From the IMG/VR virus record IMGVR_UViG_3300045988_117831: DNA of 64,000 nucleotides; one strand, given 5' to 3'. The notes beneath the pieces were generated by a model that searched no databases, was not told the DNA's origin, and saw only the letters and a program-made list of their open reading frames with translations. Shown here piece after piece: positions 1 to 7,390 of this stretch. Every line of letters starts with the position of its first letter. Within the stretch, counting starts at the first letter, position 1. The position numbers were made by a program, and so were the translations under genes. The DNA comes from a virus.

Positions 1-308
1 CGATCTGCCTGAATCGTCGAGGTGTCCAGTTCTGGGTCGAGTTCAAGGCTTTGGAGGAGTGGCCGAAACGCGCTTCCACCTGCCCAATGGCCAGATGTTT
101 CGAACCTGGGCAAATCCCTTTTCTTCGGGAGCGGATCGGCTGGGGTGGCCGGGGCTTCGTCCTGGCCAAGATCGGAACCGATTGGCTGCTGCTGAATCCT
201 ATGCTCGATTTGTTCGAGCTTAACAGCCGCGACTTGGTGGAAGTTGCGAGCTATGCAGAAGGACTGGATAACATTGTTCAGTTCCTCGCCGATTTGGAGA
301 ACAAATGA
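1..308 (+). CDS. 3' end of a gene that begins upstream of the window (hypothetical protein)
   Basis: Frame 0 is open from position 1 to the TGA at 306-308. That stop overlaps the ATG of the next gene in an ATGA arrangement. Confidence 0.4.
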   Translation, partial: ICLNRRGVQFWVEFKALEEWPKRASTCPMARCFEPGQIPFLRERIGWGGRGFVLAKIGTDWLLLNPMLDLFELNSRDLVEVASYAEGLDNIVQFLADLENK

Positions 309-1864
309 AAGCCAAAACATATCCCGTCAAGGGCATGAAGACCGAGGCCATGCAGCACCAATTCAATGCCCTGGCAGCGTCCCTGAACAAACGGAACTTC
401 GCATACCTGATGGAGCAGGGCACCGGGAAGACTTGGACGACTTTGGCCGATGCCGTTCGCCTCTTCCTACAGGGGCGCGTGGACGCGCTGCTCATCGTCG
501 CCCCCAAGGGCGTCCACACCAACTGGATTCTGCGCGAGATTCCCACCCACGTCGCGATCAAGACTTTGAGCGTGGATTGGCGCGGCCGACCGACTTCCAA
601 AAAGGCCAGGGCGCGCTTGGACCGTCTGTATTCCGAGACGTTCGCAGATGAAAAAGTTCTTCGCGTCTTCGCCATCAACGTTGACGCAATCAACCACCAG
701 GCTGGCTATGATGAGGTCGAGCGATTCCTTGATACATTCAAAGTTTGCGCAATTGTGGACGAGTCAACGAGGATCAAAAACCCACAAGCCAAGCGTGCGA
801 AAAAGATAGTAAAGCTGGGCGAGAAGGCCGTGGCCCGTCGCATCCTTTCCGGAACTCCTCTGACGCGGGCACCGACCGATTTGTTCATGCAGTTCCAATT
901 CTTGCGGAATGGAATTCTGGGGACTAAATCCTATCGGGCGTTTGTGGCCGAATTTTCCGTCTTGGTGCCCAGTGACGATCCTCGAATGATCGCTATCATG
1001 CGCAAGCTGGAAGGGAAGCAAACCATGCCGCCGCAACTCGTCGAAAAAGACGATTATGGGCGCCCGGTATTCCGGAACCTGGACAAGCTGCGATCCCTGA
1101 TCGAGCCGCACAGCTTCCGGGTCACGAAGAAGGAAGCATTGCCATTCCTGCCGGACAAGGTGTACAAGCGCATATACTTCGAAATGTCGCCGGAGCAACG
1201 AAAGGTTTACCAGCGCGTGGAAGAAGACTACCACTTTGTTCTCCAGAACGAAGATTTCATGCTTGATGTATCTTTCGATGCTGCGGCAGCGCGTTCGAAG
1301 CTCAAGCAAGTTGCGTCCGGCTATATCAACGTCTATGGTGAGCCGGTGATCCTGCCGCCCGAAGACAACCCGCGATTCGCCGTGTTTACTGATCTTCTGG
1401 AGGGTCTGCTGGAGGAAGACCAGGAGCGCTCCATCATCATCTGGGCCATGCGCATTCAGGAAATCGACCAGATCAAGGCGTATCTGGAGGCCCAAGGAAT
1501 TTCGTTTGGCACATACTACGGCGAGACCAAAGAGGCCGAGCGGGAAAAATTGATCGACGATTTCCAGGCCAAGCGCGTCCAGGTGTTCCTGGGCAACCCG
1601 GCCGCAGCAGGGATCGGGATCACGCTCACGGCCGCAGACGTGGCCATCTACTACACGACCGACGAAGACAACGAGCTGCGGATGCAGTCCGAAGACCGAA
1701 ATCATCGAATCGGCACCGTCAACTCGGTTCTGTACTTCGACCTGATCTGTCTGGATTCCATCGACGAGAAAATCCAGGTCAGCTTGGAGTGGAAACGCAA
1801 CCTGGCAAGTTATGTCGTTGATGGCGTGTTTGAGGCTGACGTTAGCACTCGCGACGAAATTTAA
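305..1864 (+). CDS. SNF2/DEAD-like superfamily-2 DNA helicase
   Basis: 519 aa. Helicase motifs: APKGVHTNW, DESTRIKNP (DExx box), SGTPLT (motif III), C-terminal QAKRVQVFLGNPAAAGIGITLTAAD (motifs V/VI). Confidence 0.8.
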   Translation: MKAKTYPVKGMKTEAMQHQFNALAASLNKRNFAYLMEQGTGKTWTTLADAVRLFLQGRVDALLIVAPKGVHTNWILREIPTHVAIKTLSVDWRGRPTSKKARARLDRLYSETFADEKVLRVFAINVDAINHQAGYDEVERFLDTFKVCAIVDESTRIKNPQAKRAKKIVKLGEKAVARRILSGTPLTRAPTDLFMQFQFLRNGILGTKSYRAFVAEFSVLVPSDDPRMIAIMRKLEGKQTMPPQLVEKDDYGRPVFRNLDKLRSLIEPHSFRVTKKEALPFLPDKVYKRIYFEMSPEQRKVYQRVEEDYHFVLQNEDFMLDVSFDAAAARSKLKQVASGYINVYGEPVILPPEDNPRFAVFTDLLEGLLEEDQERSIIIWAMRIQEIDQIKAYLEAQGISFGTYYGETKEAEREKLIDDFQAKRVQVFLGNPAAAGIGITLTAADVAIYYTTDEDNELRMQSEDRNHRIGTVNSVLYFDLICLDSIDEKIQVSLEWKRNLASYVVDGVFEADVSTRDEI

Positions 1865-1958
1865 TATGTAAATCAGTAGCCGTATCAAGGAAGATGCGGC
1901 ATAATATCTACTCAATACTTGGTTCAAGTAAGGGAACATCACTAAGTTGGAGGCGGAC

Positions 1959-2579
1959 ATGAAAGAGCAAGAGCTTGAAATCCCGGAATACTTGAAAGAG
2001 AACGCGCCGGGCGAAATCGACTATTTTGGCGTCATGGATGAAATGGCGGTTGAAGCCACCGACATCGGCCATCGACTGCTGAACCTGGTGGACAAGGCTT
2101 CGCAGCTGGACGTCGAAATCCTCGATCTTCAAAAGGCGCTGGCCGAAAAGGAAGAGGAGCTGAAAACCCTCAAGCGCAACACCATTCCGGAGCTGCTGGA
2201 GGAGCTTGGTCAAAAGACCACTACTCTGGCTGACGGTCGCACGGTCAAAGTCGAGCCGAAGGCCATCATTTCCGTCAAAGAAGAGAACAAATCGAAGTTC
2301 TGGAAGTGGCTGGAAGAAACCGACAACGACGGCATCATCAAGACCAAGGTTCTGGCCGAATTCGGTCGCGGCGAAATGGAAGATGCGAAGAAGGCGGCCG
2401 AGGCTATCATTGAGGCCGGCTATGACGCCACCATCAACCGCGATGTCCACTACCAGACCCTCCAGGCGTTCGGTCGCGAGTATTTGGAGAAGGGCGAAGA
2501 GCTGCCAGATTTCATCGGCGTGCACGAATACAAAGAGGCCAAAATCACGAAACCGAAGGTGAAAAAGAGCAAATCTTAA
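1959..2579 (+). CDS. hypothetical coiled-coil protein with a Lys-rich C-terminus
   Basis: ATG at 1959 preceded by GGAGG. The listed ORF starts earlier, at a TTG. Acidic coiled-coil body and a KPKVKKSKS tail. Confidence 0.55.
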   Translation: MKEQELEIPEYLKENAPGEIDYFGVMDEMAVEATDIGHRLLNLVDKASQLDVEILDLQKALAEKEEELKTLKRNTIPELLEELGQKTTTLADGRTVKVEPKAIISVKEENKSKFWKWLEETDNDGIIKTKVLAEFGRGEMEDAKKAAEAIIEAGYDATINRDVHYQTLQAFGREYLEKGEELPDFIGVHEYKEAKITKPKVKKSKS

Positions 2580-2587
2580 TATGTAAT

Positions 2588-2667
2588 TTGCTTTACTTAG
2601 TTGCAACTTCCGTTATTATAAACCCACAGTTAGCGATAACTGAAATTCGACAAACAAGGAGCCTAAC
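2588..2667 (+). promoter_or_regulatory. sigma70-like promoter plus leader, member H of the repeated promoter family (TTTACT-17-ATTATA)
   Basis: TGCTTTACTTAGTTGCAACTTCCGTTATTATA, then AAGGAG RBS before ATG 2668. Confidence 0.5.
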
Positions 2668-3567
2668 ATGGCTGGTAAGAAAACCGAAACTTCCGAAGCA
2701 ACCGAAGAAACCAAGGCCGTAGCAGTTGCCACCGGTGGCGGCGCCGTCGCAACTACCGAAGTTCCCGACTTCATGGATTTGGGATCGTATGACGGCGCAG
2801 GCTTCGAAGGCGCCGATGCCGAGTCCTATGCCATCCCCTTCATCCAGGTTCTGCAGAAGATGTCTCCCCAGGTCGATGAAGATGACCCGAAGTACATCGA
2901 AGGCGCGAAGGCCGGCATGTTCCTGAACACCGTCACCGGCAAGATTTACGACGGCAAGACCGGCCTGCTGATCATTCCGGCCGCGTACCGCCGCGAGTTC
3001 ATCCGCTGGGCCGGTCGCGAGGCCGAGGGCGGTTTCAAGGGCGCCATCAGCGTCGAAGACTTCAAGGAAATGATGAAAGACCCGACCAAGGTGAAGGAAG
3101 TCGAAGGACGCCTGTACGCGCCGAACGAAGACGGTTCGGTCAGCGACAAGAAGTCTGACTACTTCGCCGACACCCGTGGTCATTACGTCATCGTCATCGA
3201 TCCGGACACCGGCGATTTCGGCCAGGCTCTGATCTCCCTGTCGTCTTCGCAGATCAAGGCCTCGAAGAAGCTCATGACCGCGCTGTCCCAGAAAAAGGTT
3301 CAGACCCCGCAGGGCCTGCGCACCCCGCCGACTTTCGCCAACCTGGTCCGCATGACCACCGTAGGCATGTCGAACGACAAGGGCAGCTGGTCCGGCGTCC
3401 AGTTCGAGCTGGAAGGCCTGGTGAAGAACCCGGATCACTTCAAGGCTGCGGCCGACCTGTACAAGTCGTTCGTCGGCGGCGAGGTGAAGGTGGACTACAG
3501 CAAGCAGGAACAGCCTCGCAGTGACGCCGGTGGCGTCGGCGATGCGACCGAAGCCGAAGAGTTCTAA
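2668..3567 (+). CDS. candidate single-stranded-DNA-binding protein (gp2.5-like): acidic C-terminal tail ending in Phe
   Basis: 299 aa with a strong RBS (AAGGAG). The C-terminus DATEAEEF resembles the acidic, Phe-terminated tails of phage SSBs. It sits in the replication/early block. The functional call is inference only. Confidence 0.4.
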   Translation: MAGKKTETSEATEETKAVAVATGGGAVATTEVPDFMDLGSYDGAGFEGADAESYAIPFIQVLQKMSPQVDEDDPKYIEGAKAGMFLNTVTGKIYDGKTGLLIIPAAYRREFIRWAGREAEGGFKGAISVEDFKEMMKDPTKVKEVEGRLYAPNEDGSVSDKKSDYFADTRGHYVIVIDPDTGDFGQALISLSSSQIKASKKLMTALSQKKVQTPQGLRTPPTFANLVRMTTVGMSNDKGSWSGVQFELEGLVKNPDHFKAAADLYKSFVGGEVKVDYSKQEQPRSDAGGVGDATEAEEF

Positions 3568-3580
3568 ATCACCGGCCGGA

Positions 3581-3609
3581 GAAAGGCGCTGTAATGGCGC
3601 CTTTCTTTT
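3581..3609 (+). terminator. rho-independent terminator
   Basis: GAAAGGCGC-TGTAAT-GGCGCCTTTC followed by TTTTG. Confidence 0.7.
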
Positions 3610-3620
3610 GAGGAGTCGAA

Positions 3621-4226
3621 ATGGACTGGAAAGACATAGGTAGTAAGATCGGCGCGGCAGCCCCGGCGTTGGGATCGCTCCTGGGTGGGCCTGCAGGCGC
3701 CGCCGTTGGCTCTATCGTCGCGACGGCGCTGGGGTCGAAGGCCGACCCAGCCTCAGTCGCGAGCGCTCTAGACGCGAATCCGGAAGCTCTAGCGCGCCTC
3801 GCCGAACTCCAGAGCGCCGAGCGCGTTCGTCTCCAGGAGCTTGCGATTCAAGCCGAACAAAATCGCCTTCAGTCTGAGCAGAATCAGCTCCAGGCCGAGC
3901 TTAGCCAGTTCGCCGCAGAGGCGGCAGACAGGGATTCGGCGAGGAGGCTTGCCGCGCAGCAGAACGATTTCGTTCGCCCGGCGATTACATTCGCTCTTCT
4001 GACAGGCTCCATTCTCATCATCATCGCAATCTTCACCTTCGGCCGCGAGGCGCTGATGGACCCGACTTCCTCTGTCGCCATCGGCACAATCATCGGCTAT
4101 TGGTTCGCCGAACTGAAGTCTGTTATGGCCTTCTATTTTGGCACAACCAAGGACGGATCGCGCCAGAGCACGGCATCCATCATCAACGCAGTCAAATCCC
4201 AAATACAGAAGGAATCGAAAGAATGA
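3621..4226 (+). CDS. hypothetical membrane protein (Gly/Ala-rich N-terminus, coiled coil, C-terminal TM helices)
   Basis: 201 aa. Hydrophobic stretches ITFALLTGSILIIIAIFTF and VAIGTIIGYWFA. Confidence 0.55.
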   Translation: MDWKDIGSKIGAAAPALGSLLGGPAGAAVGSIVATALGSKADPASVASALDANPEALARLAELQSAERVRLQELAIQAEQNRLQSEQNQLQAELSQFAAEAADRDSARRLAAQQNDFVRPAITFALLTGSILIIIAIFTFGREALMDPTSSVAIGTIIGYWFAELKSVMAFYFGTTKDGSRQSTASIINAVKSQIQKESKE

Positions 4227-4777
4227 ACATCGAACAAATCATGAGCCGCGAACTTCACGACCTGGTGGTTAAATGGGCTTCCGACCGTAACCTGATCAAA
4301 GGCTCGTCTGCGAAAGATCAATTCCTGAAGTTGGTCGAAGAGTTCGCAGAAGTATGCGAAGCCTGGGTTCAGAACAACCCGGTCGATGTGAAAGATGGCA
4401 TCGGCGACGTAATGGTGGTTGCCACGATCATGGCCGCGCAACTCGGCGAAAATCTGTTCGATCATCTGTCGGCCTTCATCGAGAGCGGCGAAGTACATCC
4501 CACCTACGGCGACGATTTGCAGCGCCTCGGCGATCTGGCAGGCGCTCTGGCACGTGGAAATCATGGGTTGGCCATCAAGAGCCTGGTATCGGCCGCCATG
4601 ACTCTGTTCGACGTGACGGAAGAGCCTGACACCACCATGCTCGCCTGCTACGCTGCTGCCTACGACACCATCAAGGATCGCAAAGGCGTCATGTACGACG
4701 GCGTGTTCATCAAGGAGTCGGATGAGCTCTATGCGTCGATCATGGCCGAACTGAACCACGCCAACGAAACCATCTGA
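4223..4777 (+). CDS. MazG-like nucleoside triphosphate pyrophosphohydrolase
   Basis: ATG overlaps the previous stop (ATGA). The EEFAEVCEAW motif is typical of the MazG/all-alpha NTP-PPase family. Confidence 0.7.
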   Translation: MNIEQIMSRELHDLVVKWASDRNLIKGSSAKDQFLKLVEEFAEVCEAWVQNNPVDVKDGIGDVMVVATIMAAQLGENLFDHLSAFIESGEVHPTYGDDLQRLGDLAGALARGNHGLAIKSLVSAAMTLFDVTEEPDTTMLACYAAAYDTIKDRKGVMYDGVFIKESDELYASIMAELNHANETI

Positions 4778-4795
4778 GCCGGCTTACCGCCATTT

Positions 4796-4822
4796 AGCCC
4801 GGTTCGCCGGGCTTCTTTTCTG
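4796..4822 (+). terminator. rho-independent terminator
   Basis: AGCCCGG-TTCG-CCGGGCT followed by TCTTTTCT. Confidence 0.65.
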
Positions 4823-4831
4823 GAGAACTGT

Positions 4832-5743
4832 ATGAAACCCATGCTCGCATCGAATTTTGACCCGAAGCTGCTGGAAGGCCAACTGCCGATGTATTTCTCG
4901 CCGAAGATCGATGGATTTCGCTGCTTCGTATTCGAAGGCGAGGCGCTGACTCGTCAACTCAAGCGGCATAACAATCAATCGATCTACGAATACCTCAGCG
5001 ATAAACTGTTCAACGGCCTGGACGGCGAGCTGGTCTGCGGCGACATCAGCGACCCGAAAGTTTTCCAGAAGTCGTCCGGCGATCTTCGCCGCCACAGCGG
5101 TGAGCCGGACTGGTCTTTCCATGTGTTCGATGATTTCACCGATCATCGTGCACCGACCGAAGAGCGCCTAGCCAGGGCGGCCGAGCGCGTGAACTTCCTG
5201 CGTAACTGCCTCGGCTATGAGAGGATTCACCTGGTCGAGCAGGAACTGGTGACTTCCATCGAACAGTTCAGCGAAGTCGAGCGCCGCCACACGATGCTGG
5301 GATTCGAAGGGTCCATGGGCAAGCGCGCTGATGGACTGTACAAGTTCGGTCGCTCGACTGCCAAGGAAGGGCACTGTGTGAAAGTCAAGCGATACGACTA
5401 CGATGAAGCTGAGATCATCGACGTGGAAGAGTTGATGCACAACAACAATGAAGCTTTCATCAATGAACTTGGCCACACGGCCCGCTCCAGCCACGCAGAA
5501 AACCTGTCGCCGTCCGGAATGGTCGGTGCGTTCGTCTGCCGCAACGAACGTCTGTGGCCTGGAGTCACCTTCAACGTGTCGGCCTCCAGCCTGACCCACG
5601 ACGAGAAACAGCGCCGCTGGAATGACAGGGAGTATCTCAAGGGCCAGGTCATCCGGTTCAAGCACTTCTCCCATGGCGCCAAGGACAAGCCGAGACACGC
5701 CGTCTTCGATTGCTGGCTGGACGGGTGGGGCGGAAGTCACTGA
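4832..5743 (+). CDS. ATP-dependent DNA ligase
   Basis: 303 aa. KxDG adenylation motif SPKIDGFR near the N-terminus. Size and layout match T7-like ligases. Confidence 0.85.
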   Translation: MKPMLASNFDPKLLEGQLPMYFSPKIDGFRCFVFEGEALTRQLKRHNNQSIYEYLSDKLFNGLDGELVCGDISDPKVFQKSSGDLRRHSGEPDWSFHVFDDFTDHRAPTEERLARAAERVNFLRNCLGYERIHLVEQELVTSIEQFSEVERRHTMLGFEGSMGKRADGLYKFGRSTAKEGHCVKVKRYDYDEAEIIDVEELMHNNNEAFINELGHTARSSHAENLSPSGMVGAFVCRNERLWPGVTFNVSASSLTHDEKQRRWNDREYLKGQVIRFKHFSHGAKDKPRHAVFDCWLDGWGGSH

Positions 5744-5768
5744 TCCTAGCGTACACTAGATCGAAATA

Positions 5769-5815
5769 AACCCGGACGCCTTGTCCTACAGGCGATCCGG
5801 GTTTTCTCGTTTTAA
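5769..5815 (+). terminator. rho-independent terminator after the ligase gene
   Basis: AACCCGGACGCC...GGCGATCCGGGTT followed by TTCTCGTTTT. Confidence 0.6.
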
Positions 5816-6022
5816 TGTCGACAAATTAAGCCTTAGACCGGACCCGGCCGCCAGAGTTCCTTGGCCAGAAAGAAGGCGATTTAATATCGCGGTGCGTATC
5901 GTTAAACAGTTAAGCGCGAGCATTTTCGTCGAGTTATAATAACGCCCGACCCTTCCGACTAACACAGCGCATCCCCAAGCCATTATCGGGGTGAGGAGAA
6001 GACCGCAGACAGAGGACTAAAC

Positions 6023-6274
6023 ATGAAACGCAAAGAGCATCGCAAGCGCTTTCGGCCAAGAATCAGCCCAAGACTCCGGGAAGAGTTGATATCCGTTCTG
6101 ACCAAGATCATAGGCGAGACAGTCAAGGACAAGGTAGTAAGAGCGCTGTTAATCGGCGTTCTGAGTTCACTAGGGAACTATGTGGATTCGGTAACTCAGG
6201 AGGAGTCCGCCGCGCCGGTCGAGATCAAGATGGTTGAAGAGGCAAAGCCAGAAAGCAAAAAGGCCGCTGAATAA
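6023..6274 (+). CDS. hypothetical small basic protein
   Basis: 83 aa. Preceded by a TATAAT-like element and GAGGAGAAGA. The stop lies inside a terminator hairpin. Confidence 0.5.
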   Translation: MKRKEHRKRFRPRISPRLREELISVLTKIIGETVKDKVVRALLIGVLSSLGNYVDSVTQEESAAPVEIKMVEEAKPESKKAAE

Positions 6275-6288
6275 GCGGCCTTTTCTTT
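6259..6288. terminator. bidirectional terminator between convergent genes
   Basis: AAAAGGCCGC-TGAATAA-GCGGCCTTTTCTTT. Confidence 0.65.
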
Positions 6289-6298
6289 GGGTGGAATG

Positions 6299-6961
6299 TC
6301 AGGAGCCTTGATTGATCGCGGCGATGGTCTTCATATAGCGGTTGATCCGGAGCTGGCCGTGGTTCGCATCGTTAGGCGCGGCGCCGTTGATGGTTTTCAC
6401 GACCAGGGAGAAGTTGTTGGACTCCGCCATGGGGATACAGCGATTGCGCCAGAAGAACCAGGCAGAAGACATCGACGCGCCGGCCGGAGTTTCCAGAAGC
6501 TCCGGTTTCTCCAGAACGTCCATGCCGGAGTCTTCGGCGAACAGGGAATAGTTCGACTTCCCGGTCAGCTGGATCAAGCCGCGCCCGCGATACTTCCAAC
6601 CATCGCCATCCTGCTCGCATCCATTACCCATGCGATCCGCGTACACGTTGTTGGCGATGGCGACCGGGTTACGGGCCAGGCGGTTCGCCAGAGCGTTCGG
6701 GACATACGGGCGGACTCGCGGGTCTACTGCGTACCGGCGAGGCCAGGTGTTGGCCAATCCTTGAGCGCTGTAGTTGAGATTCTCCACCAGACTTACCAGT
6801 CCGCCGGACTCGACGCCGATGTTGGCGAGGTAGGCCGCGATGGCTCGCGGTGACTCGATGTGGAACTTGTCCATGGCCGCCTGGACGTCATCCAGCCACT
6901 TGATCGCCCGATCCGTGGTGCATCCGGTTCCTGTGATCAAAATATCCTTCGTTATTTTCAT
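6299..6961 (-). CDS. endolysin, glycoside hydrolase family 19 (chitinase-like lysozyme)
   Basis: 220 aa. GRGLIQLTGKSNY and SSAWFFWRN match the GH19 / chitinase class I signatures. Last gene of the late minus-strand operon. Confidence 0.85.
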   Translation of the reverse strand: MKITKDILITGTGCTTDRAIKWLDDVQAAMDKFHIESPRAIAAYLANIGVESGGLVSLVENLNYSAQGLANTWPRRYAVDPRVRPYVPNALANRLARNPVAIANNVYADRMGNGCEQDGDGWKYRGRGLIQLTGKSNYSLFAEDSGMDVLEKPELLETPAGASMSSAWFFWRNRCIPMAESNNFSLVVKTINGAAPNDANHGQLRINRYMKTIAAINQGS

Positions 6962-7389
6962 CAGTACTCCTGATTTTTGAACATTGTTTTCAAAGCCATG
7001 GGAAGTCGCGGCCGATCCCCGCTATTCCAATCGCGAATCTGCTGCCTCCAGTAAACAAGGGCTGCGATCAGCCCAGGTCCATCCGTGGGTTCGATACCCA
7101 GCCGCCTCTGCTCGTCGTGACGATCTATGGGCCAGCGGGTATCACGAAGGATAGCCCGCTTTTCCCTGGCCCGTATAGCGCCCTGCAAGGCCTGCTCCCG
7201 CTTCGCATCGACCGGGGCGATAGGTCCGTGCGCCCCGGATAGGATCGCAGCGTGGATGGCCCTTCCGTGGGCCTCCACGTCGTGCGGATTGGCGGTGAAA
7301 GGAACTTCTCCAATCCCCTCGAAAGTAACCATGGCGTGGATGTTTACCGCGTCCAGCCAACGTGGGTTTCTGATCCGCATCCATTTCAT
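6961..7389 (-). CDS. putative tail fibre assembly chaperone
   Basis: 142 aa. Lies immediately downstream of the tail fibre gene with overlapping stop/start, the usual position of Tfa-like chaperones. No strong motif. Confidence 0.4.
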   Translation of the reverse strand: MKWMRIRNPRWLDAVNIHAMVTFEGIGEVPFTANPHDVEAHGRAIHAAILSGAHGPIAPVDAKREQALQGAIRAREKRAILRDTRWPIDRHDEQRRLGIEPTDGPGLIAALVYWRQQIRDWNSGDRPRLPMALKTMFKNQEY

Positions 7390-7390
7390 G

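Noticed and set aside
220-1960. Long antisense ORFs (220..693 -, 764..1960 -) opposite the helicase gene
   Set aside because: They lie opposite a gene with clear helicase motifs and have Arg/Gly-rich, low-complexity translations, typical of high-GC shadow ORFs.
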